This document shows, in pieces, positions 10,267 through 20,681 of a stretch of DNA of 64,000 bases. The translations under genes were made by a program, and so were the position numbers. The notes under the pieces are model-generated. The model did not search any database. It worked only from the letters and a program-made list of their open reading frames with translations, and was not told the DNA's origin. Every line of letters starts with the position of its first letter. Position 1 is the stretch's first letter. The stretch is from Ignavibacteriota bacterium (lineage in GTDB: Bacteria > Bacteroidota > Ignavibacteria > UBA10030 > CAVZMI01), in NCBI GenBank assembly GCA_963776275.1, contig CAVZMI010000023.1, positions 32,001 through 96,000 on the forward strand. The letters run 5' to 3'.

Positions 10267-11145
10267 ATGGTGATAAGCATAATGCCGTTCTATAAGCGAA
10301 TCCCTTTCACTCGAAAAAAAATTGCTATTGCAAAAATACTTTATCGACTGGTTAAAATCTTTTATCATTCAGATCAACAGATTATTGTGAGGAACGGTCT
10401 CAACTATCAGGTTGATCTAAGCAAGGGGATTGATCTTTCGATATTTCTATTTGGAGATTTTCAGAAATGGATTCATAATTCCAAAAATGTCCGCATTCCC
10501 CATGACGGTGTTATGTTTGACGTCGGGGCGAACATCGGGACAATGACTCTTCAATTGGCAGGAAGAGTCCCTCACGGTCTCGTGTATGCGTTTGAACCGA
10601 CCGATTATGCATATGCGAAACTCATTCGGAATATTTCGTTGAATCCTGATATAGCAGGGAGGATTCGTCCATTTCAGATTTTTATATCCGATTATGATCG
10701 TGCAGTTCATACTATCAAGGCGTATTCAAGCTGGAAAATTGATGGGTCGGGGATTTCCGTGCATCCCCTCCACGGCGGCTCAATTAAATCGGCTGCTTCA
10801 ATTCCTTCGGTTACTATTGATCATTTCTGTGAAATTAACAACATCCACAGAATCGATTTTATCAAAATTGACACCGATGGGCATGAATATCAAGTCTTAA
10901 AGGGTGCAGAAAAGACGTTAAAAAACTATCATCCATATATCGTTTTCGAAATCGGTTTCTATCTCATGAAAGAATCGGGAGTAAATTTCGAAGAATATTA
11001 CAATTACTTATCAGCTTTAAACTATTATTTAGTAAATAGTAAAAACGATCAAATTGTTTCAATGGAAAATTACCATCGTCAGATCCCATACAATTCAACG
11101 ACGGATCTTATCGCTATTCCGACAGTTCGTGGTTCTGGAACATGA
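10267..11145 (+). CDS. FkbM family methyltransferase
   Basis: FDVGANIG, YAFEP and FIKIDTDGHEYQVLKGA motifs. Confidence 0.85.
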   Translation: MVISIMPFYKRIPFTRKKIAIAKILYRLVKIFYHSDQQIIVRNGLNYQVDLSKGIDLSIFLFGDFQKWIHNSKNVRIPHDGVMFDVGANIGTMTLQLAGRVPHGLVYAFEPTDYAYAKLIRNISLNPDIAGRIRPFQIFISDYDRAVHTIKAYSSWKIDGSGISVHPLHGGSIKSAASIPSVTIDHFCEINNIHRIDFIKIDTDGHEYQVLKGAEKTLKNYHPYIVFEIGFYLMKESGVNFEEYYNYLSALNYYLVNSKNDQIVSMENYHRQIPYNSTTDLIAIPTVRGSGT

Positions 11146-11239
11146 GATTAGCGAGACCGGATCATAATAATGATCCGTGATTTTAAGTGAAGGAATATCA
11201 TTTGTTGTTACGATAACCAGATACCAGCCAATCGAGGCC

Positions 11240-12670
11240 ATGGGATTATCTAAAAGAAAACAATCGATCCGGGAGCTGTCGGATGCGTTGGCACCGATGC
11301 GTGATCGATGGATTGCGCGCAACAGGTATTTTTATGAGTCGGATTATCGATACATGCGATTCCTTATACCCGAAGGATCGAATGTTCTCGATCTGGGATG
11401 CAGTACAGGACGGCTTTTGTCGGAATTGCGGCCGAAAAGGGGAGTCGGTATCGACATCAGCGACCGGATGATTAAAATTGCACAACGAAATTATCCGGCA
11501 TACGAATTTTATCAGGGTGACGTTGAAGATAAAACATTCATAGAAACGATCCAGGGGCCGTTTGATTATATCATACTCTCAGATACGATCGGGTCTCTCG
11601 ATGACTGTGAATCGACTCTTCAGCAGCTGCACACCTTATGCACGCCGGAAACACGAATTGTAATTTCGTATTATTCCGCTCTCTGGGAACCCATTCTCGT
11701 ATTTGGAGAATTGCTGAAGTTGAGAATGCGCCAGGTGAAACAGAATTGGTTATCGACAGACGATATCATGAATATCCTTTTTCTGGCGGGGTATGAGACT
11801 ATTAAGAGGGAATGGAGGCAATTGATACCGAGACGCCTTTTAGGATTGGGTTCGCTTATTAACCGGTATATAGCACCTCTCGCAATAATCCGCCGGCTCT
11901 GTCTGCGGAATTATATTGTGGCCCGTCCGACAACAGGAGCTATTGATAGATTACACTCGGCCTCGATCATTATCCCATGCCGTAATGAAAAAGGGAACAT
12001 CGAGACAGCCGTTCAACGCATCCCGCGTTTTTGTGGTAGGTGTGAAATCATTTTTGTTGAAGGACACAGCGATGATGGTACTCTTGACGAGATTCATAGG
12101 ATTATCGACAAATATACGGAGAAAAAAATTAGAGTTTTCGTGCAGGATGGGAAAGGGAAGGGAGACGCAGTTCGGAAGGGTTGTACCAATGCTACGGAAG
12201 ATATCCTCATTATCCTTGATGCCGATTTAACAGTACCGCCGGAGGTGCTGCCAAAATTTTACAACGCGATTATCTCCGGGAAAGGAGAGTTCGTCAACGG
12301 GACGCGGCTTGTGTATCCAATCGAGAAGGATTCGATGCGATGGTTGAATTTTATTGCCAACAAGATGTTTTCCTGGATGTTTAGCTGGCTTTTAAACCAG
12401 CGATTTACCGATACACTGTGTGGTTCAAAAGCATTACCAAGAATTTATTATAATAAGATTGCACAGAATAGAAGTTATTTTGGCGATTTCGATCCATTCG
12501 GGGACTTTGACCTCATCTTTGGAGCGGCTAAGCTTAATATGAAAATTGTCGAGATACCTATCAAGTATGCTCAACGAACATATGGTGAGACACAGATATC
12601 GCGCTTTCTGCACGGGTGGCTTTTGCTCCGTATGGTACTGTTTGCGCTAAAGAAATTCAAAATGTTCTAA
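11240..12670 (+). CDS. Methyltransferase-like domain fused to DPM1-like GT2 (polyprenol-phosphate glycosyltransferase)
   Basis: VLDLGCSTG in the N-terminal part. IIPCRNEKGNI, ILDADLTVPP, DTLCGSKA and DPFGDFDLIFGA in the C-terminal part. ATG 11240 preferred over GTG 11177. Confidence 0.8.
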   Translation: MGLSKRKQSIRELSDALAPMRDRWIARNRYFYESDYRYMRFLIPEGSNVLDLGCSTGRLLSELRPKRGVGIDISDRMIKIAQRNYPAYEFYQGDVEDKTFIETIQGPFDYIILSDTIGSLDDCESTLQQLHTLCTPETRIVISYYSALWEPILVFGELLKLRMRQVKQNWLSTDDIMNILFLAGYETIKREWRQLIPRRLLGLGSLINRYIAPLAIIRRLCLRNYIVARPTTGAIDRLHSASIIIPCRNEKGNIETAVQRIPRFCGRCEIIFVEGHSDDGTLDEIHRIIDKYTEKKIRVFVQDGKGKGDAVRKGCTNATEDILIILDADLTVPPEVLPKFYNAIISGKGEFVNGTRLVYPIEKDSMRWLNFIANKMFSWMFSWLLNQRFTDTLCGSKALPRIYYNKIAQNRSYFGDFDPFGDFDLIFGAAKLNMKIVEIPIKYAQRTYGETQISRFLHGWLLLRMVLFALKKFKMF

Positions 12671-13413
12671 TGAATAATACACAATTATACGAGCGTCGGG
12701 ATATCTGGACCCACAAACCGACTTTGAGAACTATCTACCATGATTTTTTTCAGAGAATTTCCAGGCAATGCCGGAGAGGAAAAATCCTTGAAGTCGGTGG
12801 AGGAACCGGCAATCTAAAAGAATTCTTTCGTGAAAATCTATCATGCGATATTGTATCAATTGATATTGTGTCCTTTCCCTCGCTTGACGTCATAGCGGAT
12901 GCCCATGAGTTGCCTTTTAAATCTGATTCTTTTGCGAATATTGTAGCGATTGATGTTCTTCACCATCTGGAACGGCCGAAGTTTTTTTTTAATGAAGTAC
13001 AGCGTGTGCTCCAGCCGAAAGGGCGACTAATTTTGATCGAACCGGCTCTCACACCGGTGAGCAAAATAATCTATTCAATATTCCATCATGAACCGATAAT
13101 AATGAATGCAAATCCTATTGAGGATGGGCCGAGGGAGACCACACGCGATTCTTTTGAAGCAAACAGCGCGATCCCCACACTCATATTTAATAAGTATAGG
13201 GCAGTTTTTGAAAAAACGTACCCTGCATTGAATGTTGTTAAAATCTATTATTTCAGCCTCATGGCATATCCACTCTCGGGAGGATTCCAGCACTGGACGC
13301 TCCTGCCTCATTGGGCAGTCCATACTCTATTAAAGTTTGAAAACAAAATTTATCCATTCGTTGGTAAATATATTGGGTTTCGGCTCTTCGTTGTTTTAGA
13401 AAAAATGTACTGA
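12670..13413 (+). CDS. Class I SAM-dependent methyltransferase
   Basis: ILEVGGGTG, DAHELPF and DVLHHL motifs. ATG at 12670 overlaps the upstream TAA. Confidence 0.8.
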   Translation: MNNTQLYERRDIWTHKPTLRTIYHDFFQRISRQCRRGKILEVGGGTGNLKEFFRENLSCDIVSIDIVSFPSLDVIADAHELPFKSDSFANIVAIDVLHHLERPKFFFNEVQRVLQPKGRLILIEPALTPVSKIIYSIFHHEPIIMNANPIEDGPRETTRDSFEANSAIPTLIFNKYRAVFEKTYPALNVVKIYYFSLMAYPLSGGFQHWTLLPHWAVHTLLKFENKIYPFVGKYIGFRLFVVLEKMY

Positions 13414-13434
13414 TGACCCTTAGATATTATCGAA

Positions 13435-13550
13435 TTTAGATCGTTTGGAGACTTCAATCTCTTATTCGGAGCGGACGAACCCGGAATGAAATTATTGGAA
13501 TATAAATCAAGGATTTACATTGTATGGTTGGTACGCTGCGGATTTTATCA
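13435..13550 (+). pseudogene. Decayed remnant resembling the 3' end of the 11240-12670 GT2 gene
   Basis: Translates as SFGDFNLLFGADEPGMKLLEY, compared with PFGDFDLIFGAAKLNMKIVEI in the intact gene. Confidence 0.6.
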
Positions 13551-13575
13551 TCACAATAAAACCTCATAATGTCCT

Positions 13576-16302
13576 ATGGTAATATTTATTATCCACCTTT
13601 TACTTGTTTCCTTTTTCTCGTACAAGATCGCTCAGCGATTTGTACCGGAAGTCCTCGAGAGAATACTGGCAGCATACCTCATCGTGTGGACGAATCTCGT
13701 CGTTACTGCCCTTTTTCTTTCCTACTTCTCTCTCCTGGGAGACCGACAACTTTATTTTCGCTTTTCGGTACTGGCGACACTTATCGTTTTTGGGATTGTG
13801 TATAGAAAGAATCCATACCCATCCCTTGATTTGAGAAATAATGTAGTTAAATTCTTCCGGCGCTCCTTTTCTCTCTGGGAAACTTTTCTCCTTGTAACAT
13901 TTCTTTTCTTTCTCTGTGCCAATATCGTGATCGTATTTTCTTTCAGTCCCAATAACTACGATTCATTGACTTATCACCTTCCACGCATTCATTTTTATCT
14001 TTCACAAGGTCATCTGGGTCATTTCACGACTATTAATACACGTATGACATTCTTTCCTTTTAATTTTCAATTGTTACAATTGATATGCGTAACATACGGG
14101 CAGCCCGATTGGTTGATCAACTTTCCGAACCTACTTTCGTGGATTCTTGCAGGGCTCGCACTCTTTGTATTATGCAGAAGGGTCGGATTATCAGTATCGA
14201 CCGCATTTCTTTCAAGCTGGATTGGATTGACATCGACGCAGGTGCTCGCGCAGGCAACAACGACGACCGTCGATCTCCCTGTCGCGGTTCCCCTGCTTAT
14301 TGGCGTAATCTTTTCAATTCGATGGCTGAACGAACGAAAATTGAAAAATATCGTATTCGCGGGTCTCGCCTTCGGGTTATCAGCCGGCAGCAAGATAACA
14401 ATATTTTTTTACTGGCCGGTCGGATTTGCTCTAGCCGGTTTCATCATCTTCCGTATTTTTCAAAAGAAAATTTCTCTCCAGCAAGCTTTTCGGGGAATCA
14501 AGCATTGGTTAGTTGCCGGACTCATTGCAGTAAGCCTTTCAACACCATTCTTGATGATAAATTATTATTATTCGAAACAATTGATGACATCGGAATATGA
14601 CTTCCTTCTCAATAAGCCGTTCAATTGGAAGTGTGCTGTTCAGACAATATATACTTACAGTTTACAATTGGCTGTTGAACCCTTGCAGCGTACGGCGATT
14701 GACATACCGGGGATAAACATCAGCGGAGCAGCGAGAAGTTATTTGGAACCGCGAGTCCGGAAATATTTTCTTCCTACGTGGAACCCAAATTACGCGGTAT
14801 CTGATTTATTTGTCTTCCCCCCGGATTTAAATGAGGATCATGTCTGGTTCGGATTTGCAGGCCCATGTATCATGCTCTCCGTGCTCCTGGTTATCGTGCT
14901 CCGTTCGCCCCGTAAAACAGTCATTTTCTGGCTGGGTCTTGCCAGTATAATGTGGCTTTTCACATATTGTAGTCAAAACAAATGGTCACTCTATACTCAA
15001 CGCTATTTCATAGGGGCATTTCTCCTGGGCATTCCGTGTGCCGGTTATTTCATTGAGAACCTGACAAATCGAATTTCTGTTCTAAGGCATTTCGTTAATA
15101 TTTGTATTGTATTTCTTGTGACAACTTCGGCGCTCTTTGGCTACATCTATGTTATGACGAACACTACACGGGCTCTCCCGCTTATTTTTGATCCGACACA
15201 ATCGCGCGGATTCCCGCAACGCCCGCATCAGATGCTCGAGACATTATCACAATACAATAAAATTAATATAGTCTATGCCGGAAAGGAACACGGGAACGAA
15301 CGTTTATATTGTCTCATGAATACGAGGAGATCGCAGGAATTCCTGATTGGCACGATGACAAGGCCGGATTGGTATAATGTCTATTCGCATTGGTCTCCAT
15401 CGAAAGAAGCCCTCTATGTAAATATACCGTCCACTTCATCGTATATTACTCTTACTATACCGGATAAAAAAACACCCGGATTGAATTACCTCGGTTCAAT
15501 TGGCACCGGATTGACCGGCTATGATTATTATGGATATGATGCGACAACCAACGCGGCGGATTCGCTAAAACTAAGCAATTTAATCATGATGACAGCGGTG
15601 TTTGATGGATTTGCGGACAACAGGCTGTCAGATCTCCAATTACACCTCAACGGTATTCGAGAAGCCGATAGCCTTTATGTAAAAATCTATTCTGACGATG
15701 GAATGGGGAATAGAACAGATCTGGCGACTTTTTCAAAGGATGCAATGCAGCATGTTGCTACCCCCAAAAAATATAAGTATCTACTTGTTGTTGTGTATGA
15801 GAAATCGACTAACAATATTGTATCGCAGGGACAATTTCTGGTAAAAAATTATGAAGGAGAAAAAGGCATTGTCTCGAACACGACTCAGACCGTCGATCTT
15901 ATAGCCGAGCGGAAATCCGTTAAGGTGTCACTCGATGGTTTTAAAAATCCTGAAGGACCATACCCGCAATGGAACTTGCCTCTGGTGCGGTGGGCAAATA
16001 AATCAATCGCACAATTTACCTTCAATAATGATATAATATCATCTGCCCGTCCCGTCGTACTCTCGTTGAGTTTCCGGCCGCAGATACGGCCGGCAGCCAC
16101 CATGGTTGTTCAATTCAATGATAAGATAATGAAGACATATCAACTTACAAATGCCACTGCATGGAATAATGACGAGTTAAAATTATACCCTATAAAAGGT
16201 ATGAATACAATCGAGTTCTCATTTCCTATGATGAAGGGGGAGAAACCCTTGCCGGATTCTCTCTATATGCTTTTTAAAACACTTTCTTTTAGCGGTCTGT
16301 AG
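13576..16302 (+). CDS. GT-C fold (ArnT/PMT-like) multi-pass glycosyltransferase, paralog 2
   Basis: Colinear with 7420-10158 (YDSLTYHLP, GLSAGSK, PEGPYPQW, PLPDSLYMLFKTLS). Confidence 0.75.
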   Translation: MVIFIIHLLLVSFFSYKIAQRFVPEVLERILAAYLIVWTNLVVTALFLSYFSLLGDRQLYFRFSVLATLIVFGIVYRKNPYPSLDLRNNVVKFFRRSFSLWETFLLVTFLFFLCANIVIVFSFSPNNYDSLTYHLPRIHFYLSQGHLGHFTTINTRMTFFPFNFQLLQLICVTYGQPDWLINFPNLLSWILAGLALFVLCRRVGLSVSTAFLSSWIGLTSTQVLAQATTTTVDLPVAVPLLIGVIFSIRWLNERKLKNIVFAGLAFGLSAGSKITIFFYWPVGFALAGFIIFRIFQKKISLQQAFRGIKHWLVAGLIAVSLSTPFLMINYYYSKQLMTSEYDFLLNKPFNWKCAVQTIYTYSLQLAVEPLQRTAIDIPGINISGAARSYLEPRVRKYFLPTWNPNYAVSDLFVFPPDLNEDHVWFGFAGPCIMLSVLLVIVLRSPRKTVIFWLGLASIMWLFTYCSQNKWSLYTQRYFIGAFLLGIPCAGYFIENLTNRISVLRHFVNICIVFLVTTSALFGYIYVMTNTTRALPLIFDPTQSRGFPQRPHQMLETLSQYNKINIVYAGKEHGNERLYCLMNTRRSQEFLIGTMTRPDWYNVYSHWSPSKEALYVNIPSTSSYITLTIPDKKTPGLNYLGSIGTGLTGYDYYGYDATTNAADSLKLSNLIMMTAVFDGFADNRLSDLQLHLNGIREADSLYVKIYSDDGMGNRTDLATFSKDAMQHVATPKKYKYLLVVVYEKSTNNIVSQGQFLVKNYEGEKGIVSNTTQTVDLIAERKSVKVSLDGFKNPEGPYPQWNLPLVRWANKSIAQFTFNNDIISSARPVVLSLSFRPQIRPAATMVVQFNDKIMKTYQLTNATAWNNDELKLYPIKGMNTIEFSFPMMKGEKPLPDSLYMLFKTLSFSGL

Positions 16303-16333
16303 TGACATGCCAATAGTGTAAAGAAAAAAACGA

Positions 16334-17494
16334 ATGAATGAAAATAGGATGGCAAATCCGCAACAGAAGCGACAGTACGATAATCGTATTGATTTACTGA
16401 AAGGTATAGCAATTTTTGGTGTTGCATGTATCCATTTCGGAGGGAGTTTTGTCGGCGATTCCGTAGTTTTATGGACTGCTCCTTTTTACGTCGGATTATT
16501 TCTCAACCAATTTTTTAGCTTCTCCGTGGCGTTGTTTATTTTTCTTTCAGGATGGCTTCTTGAGTATCAATATACCTCGAGGCCTTTCCATGTGTCGACA
16601 TTTTATCGCCGTCGTCTCATTCGCATTTTGATCCCTTATACTGTTGTTGTGGGCGCATATTTTGTGTTATTACCGGAGTCGGAAATCATCAAAGCCGTTA
16701 CTCCATCGAACTTTTTAATTAAATTCTTCTATTATGGCGTCCAAGGAACACAATATTTCATATCGCTTATCCTCCAGCTCTATATCGTATATCCGGTACT
16801 GCGGTGGATAAAAAACAAAATTTCTTCAACCGGCATACGCTGGCTATCTTACGTACCAATGTTAGTCTTAATCGCTATTCATGGAACGCTTGGTTTTATG
16901 ACATATTCAAACAAACTCGATTACTATACATGGTGCAGACCCTTTTCTCTCTTTTGGATGGTATTTTTTTATGGGGGAATGGTGGCATATTCATCTCGTC
17001 AGTCAATGAAACAGCCGGTCAGCATGTATTTATTTTTGGGTGCGGTGTTTTCTTTTTTGATCGGAATGTTCATCCTTATCATGAGTCGTCTCTTGAATCC
17101 GGCGATTGTGGGGATGGATTTTGGGAAATCAATGATCGATTATGCCTATTCGCGGCCGGAGATTATGTTCTACAACATCATATGGATCATTATCATAGCG
17201 TTTGTTCTGCGACTCCAGTGGTCTTTTCGTGCCGCCTTACTCGAGCAATGGGGAAAAAATTCTTACACAATCTATCTCTGGCATATTTTGTTCATTTATT
17301 ACATTGCATGGAATCAGCCGGTGGTCCTTGAGACATGCAGAAATTTCCCCGAAGTGATCGTTTTTGTGTGTATATTTGCATGCATGGTGATCTCGGCGGC
17401 AAGCCGCTGTATCGATTACGCTCAGGCATTTCTTCTGATTCAGTGGAAATCTTTGCGGGCAAGGCTGGTGCCCTCCAAAGTAGAAGGATCGTAG
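16334..17494 (+). CDS. Acyltransferase family 3 (OafA-like glycan O-acetyltransferase)
   Basis: IDLLKGIAIFGVACIH, VALFIFLSG, FYRRRLIRILIPY and GKNSYTIYLWH motifs, with about 10 TM segments. Confidence 0.85.
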   Translation: MNENRMANPQQKRQYDNRIDLLKGIAIFGVACIHFGGSFVGDSVVLWTAPFYVGLFLNQFFSFSVALFIFLSGWLLEYQYTSRPFHVSTFYRRRLIRILIPYTVVVGAYFVLLPESEIIKAVTPSNFLIKFFYYGVQGTQYFISLILQLYIVYPVLRWIKNKISSTGIRWLSYVPMLVLIAIHGTLGFMTYSNKLDYYTWCRPFSLFWMVFFYGGMVAYSSRQSMKQPVSMYLFLGAVFSFLIGMFILIMSRLLNPAIVGMDFGKSMIDYAYSRPEIMFYNIIWIIIIAFVLRLQWSFRAALLEQWGKNSYTIYLWHILFIYYIAWNQPVVLETCRNFPEVIVFVCIFACMVISAASRCIDYAQAFLLIQWKSLRARLVPSKVEGS

Positions 17495-17528
17495 AAGCAA
17501 CTTATGACAGGTACTCCGGTAGACAGCG

Positions 17529-18254
17529 GTGATATCGTCTATGACGTTCTTGGGCGATCCATACTATGTTGAAGATCTTCAGATGATGGCGAAAGCGGTC
17601 CGTTATAGGCAATGGCTCTATGATCTTCTTCATCCTTTCCTGGGGACGCAAATTCTGGAAGTAGGAGGAGGAATTGGAAATTACACATTGATGTTTGTCG
17701 GGAATGCAGAATCAGTGGTGAGCATCGAACCGAATGCATATTGTTTTGACAGGCTGTCCGAAGCCACGAAAGATGATCCAAAAATACAAATCTTGAAGAC
17801 AGACCTGGAACACCTGCATTTTTCACTGTTAGATTCGAAAGAGTTCGATACGGTAGTCTCGATTAATGTTTTGGAGCATATCGCGGATGATATGAAGGCT
17901 GTCGAAAAGATGAAGTCGTACCTTCTTCCCGGCGGGAGACTTGTCCTGATCGTTCCGGCTGTCCCTGCGGCTTTTGGTGGTATCGACCGGAAGGTAGGCC
18001 ACTACCGACGCTACTCCCGTAAGATGATCCGGGAATTATTTCGGAAGGCAGGGATGGAGAGCGAAATTATACGATATTTCAATTTCGCTGGCCTTCTTGG
18101 GTGGTTCTGGAACGCAAAAATCTGGCCGAGGAATACACAGAGCGAACGGCAAATTATGATTTTTGACACCTATCTCGTCCCTCTGATCTCGCGCCTTGAA
18201 TATGTCGTGTCAGCCCCCGTCGGGCAATCGCTTCTAGCTGTGGCGCGAAAATGA
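17529..18254 (+). CDS. Class I SAM-dependent methyltransferase
   Basis: ILEVGGGIG, NVLEHIADD and DRKVGHYRRY motifs. The true start may be ATG 17504 if one extra base is an error. Confidence 0.8.
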   Translation: MISSMTFLGDPYYVEDLQMMAKAVRYRQWLYDLLHPFLGTQILEVGGGIGNYTLMFVGNAESVVSIEPNAYCFDRLSEATKDDPKIQILKTDLEHLHFSLLDSKEFDTVVSINVLEHIADDMKAVEKMKSYLLPGGRLVLIVPAVPAAFGGIDRKVGHYRRYSRKMIRELFRKAGMESEIIRYFNFAGLLGWFWNAKIWPRNTQSERQIMIFDTYLVPLISRLEYVVSAPVGQSLLAVARK

Positions 18255-18320
18255 TATGCGTGGAAAATAGTAATTAGGGAAATTTCACCGGATAGTTTCC
18301 TCGAAACGGAGCGGAACTCT

Positions 18321-19265
18321 ATGGATATAGCCATTCTTATTCCATGCTACCAGGAAGAACTCACAATCGGAAAAGTCGTCGCGGATTTCCGTCGCGAACT
18401 GCCGAAAGCGAAGATTTACGTCTACGATAATAATTCCACGGATGCGACATATGCGAAAGCACGGAAAGCCGGCGCCATCGTATGCCGTGAGAAGAAACAG
18501 GGGAAGGGGTATGTGGTTGCCTCGATGTTCGAGAATATCGATGCAGACATCTATGTTCTGGTCGACGGCGACGACACCTACGATGCTCAATCTGTTCATC
18601 AGCTGATTGCGCCGTTGAAAAACGAAGAGGCAGACATGGTGGTCGCAAATCGGCTGGGAAATCATCGGGGTAGTGGTTTCAGAAAGTTCCATGTGTTCGG
18701 AAACCGGCTGGTCTGTTTTTTTATCAATATGATATTCCGCTCATCTATAAAGGATCTTTTTTCGGGATACCGTGCGATGACGAAAGAATTGGTGAAAACG
18801 ATCCCGGTGATAGCATTCGGTTTCGATATTGAAACGGAGTTGACGCTGCAAACACTCTATCGCAGATTCGTCATCAAAGAAATTGACGCACCATACGGTG
18901 AACGCCCGTCCGGCAGCGAATCAAAATTAAGAACGGTGCATGATGGCATCCGGGTTCTCGTGAGGGCGTTCTTCATTTTCACATCATACAAGCCGTTGAC
19001 GTTTTTCGGTAGTATCGGTATCATACTCTGTATTCTGGGATTACTGGCTGGATATCAGCCGGTGATGGAATACATCAGGTATCACTATGTCTTCAGTGTT
19101 CCCCGTGCCGTTCTTGCCACTGCGTTCATGATCTTATCATCAGGCGCCGTTGCGTTGGGACTTTTGCTTCACAGCGTCAATTTTCGGCTTTTGGAAATCG
19201 AAAAAGCGCTGATAAAACGCACGCTGAATTCAAGCAAAAGCCGGTCAAAGCGATCCGGAAATTAA
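18321..19265 (+). CDS. GT2 polyprenol-phosphate glycosyltransferase with two C-terminal TM helices (GtrB/DPM1-like)
   Basis: LIPCYQEE, VYDNNSTD, LVDGDDTY, DLFSGYRA and GFDIETE motifs. Confidence 0.85.
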   Translation: MDIAILIPCYQEELTIGKVVADFRRELPKAKIYVYDNNSTDATYAKARKAGAIVCREKKQGKGYVVASMFENIDADIYVLVDGDDTYDAQSVHQLIAPLKNEEADMVVANRLGNHRGSGFRKFHVFGNRLVCFFINMIFRSSIKDLFSGYRAMTKELVKTIPVIAFGFDIETELTLQTLYRRFVIKEIDAPYGERPSGSESKLRTVHDGIRVLVRAFFIFTSYKPLTFFGSIGIILCILGLLAGYQPVMEYIRYHYVFSVPRAVLATAFMILSSGAVALGLLLHSVNFRLLEIEKALIKRTLNSSKSRSKRSGN

Positions 19266-19479
19266 AAATGAATTTCGGAACGATAATCGTTCTCATTACG
19301 TCATCTTTATGAGTCGTTACTCCATTACCGTCGTTATGCTATTTGATATACAAAACACAAGAATACTCTTCGCTTCGAATAAGTTCGGTAAAAAGCGATG
19401 AAAAGTAAAAAGAGAGATATTCCCTCTATCGGGCCATCGGACACATTTTACTTTTTTTAAAACAAAATTAAAATTACAA

Positions 19480-20409
19480 ATGATCAGCATCGTCACCCCG
19501 TCATCCAATAGCGGGAAATATATTCAACAAGCGATCCGAAGCGTTCTTGAACAGGAAGGAATTAAGTTAGACTATATTATTGTCGATGATGGTTCCACAG
19601 ATGAGACTCTCGATATTATACGCTCGTTCGAAAATAGACTGCGCTACATCTCGGAACCAGATCGGGGACAGTCGGAAGCCATCAACAGGGGCATCAGGAT
19701 GTCGCACGGGGATATTATCGGATGGCTTAATGCAGACGATTACTATCACCCGGGAACGCTTCGATTTATTGATGATTATTTTGCGAAGAATCCGGAAGTG
19801 ATGCTTTTGTATGGCGACGGTACGTTGGTGAAAGAAGATGGAACGGTTATAAAACCATTTCCGACAGAGGAGTACTCCCTTGAGAGATTGGCGTATCGGT
19901 GCATTATATGTCAGCCGGCGGCGTTTTGGCGGCGGTCGCTATGGGAAAAAGTCGGACCATTGGATATCTCGCTTCATTATGCGATGGATCTCGATTTCTG
20001 GATCCGTGCAGGTAAAGCTCTTAAACGGCATCCGGAGTGGCGGTTCGTTTATATTCCAAAAGTCTTTGCATATTCTCGAATGCATCGGCACACAAAAACA
20101 ATGGCCCAGCATCGGGAAGTTTTGCACGAAGTTGTCGGGGTAATGAAAAAACATTTCGGCTATGTGTCTTTTCCCTGGGTATATGGAATCGAAGAGGTCC
20201 GCGATCCGCGTTACGACGGGATCATCAAGAAAAGTCCGGTTTCCTTCTCATTGATTGCAAAGAGCCTAATAAAATGGATATGGCAGAACAGGATGCGGCC
20301 CGATCACATTATTCACTTTATCGGTATGGTCCTATTTTCGCCCCGAAAGAGCTGGCAGACAATGATGGAGAGAACAAGAGATGAAGAGGAGGGGTCGAGA
20401 GCGAAGTAG
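19480..20409 (+). CDS. GT2 glycosyltransferase
   Basis: ISIVTPS, VDDGSTD, GQSEAINRG, WLNADD and AMDLDFW motifs. Confidence 0.85.
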   Translation: MISIVTPSSNSGKYIQQAIRSVLEQEGIKLDYIIVDDGSTDETLDIIRSFENRLRYISEPDRGQSEAINRGIRMSHGDIIGWLNADDYYHPGTLRFIDDYFAKNPEVMLLYGDGTLVKEDGTVIKPFPTEEYSLERLAYRCIICQPAAFWRRSLWEKVGPLDISLHYAMDLDFWIRAGKALKRHPEWRFVYIPKVFAYSRMHRHTKTMAQHREVLHEVVGVMKKHFGYVSFPWVYGIEEVRDPRYDGIIKKSPVSFSLIAKSLIKWIWQNRMRPDHIIHFIGMVLFSPRKSWQTMMERTRDEEEGSRAK

Positions 20410-20437
20410 AAGCTCTTTATTGAAGTGGCTATATCTA

Positions 20438-20647
20438 AGGAAAAAGTAAAAATTAAAAATGAAAAAGTAAATCCTTCGACCCTTCGACTTGCCTCGACTG
20501 GTGGTTCGACCGTTTGATAAGGTCTCGACAAGCTCGACCCAAGGCTCACGGCAAGCAAGCATGTCCCGAGTATATCGAGGGGCTCACCACAAGCTCGGCA
20601 CGAGCCGCTCAGGGCAGGCATGCTCAGGACAAGAATTAAAAAGTTTA
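20438..20647. repeat. AARNAAA-like heptamer array interrupted by six nested X-TCGAC/GCTC-X' hairpin units plus one inverted unit
   Basis: Opening arms TCCT, CCCT, TGCC, GTGGT, CCGT and GGTC are closed in reverse order by GACC, ACGG, ACCAC, GGCA, AGGG and AGGA (20472-20633). Confidence 0.85.
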
Positions 20648-20681
20648 TCCCACGTAGCGATACTAAGTGATAAGAAGCGAT

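Noticed and set aside
20438-20647. CRISPR array suggested by recurring TCGAC/GCTC motifs
   Set aside because: There is no constant repeat-spacer period, the units are nested rather than tandem, and no cas genes are present.
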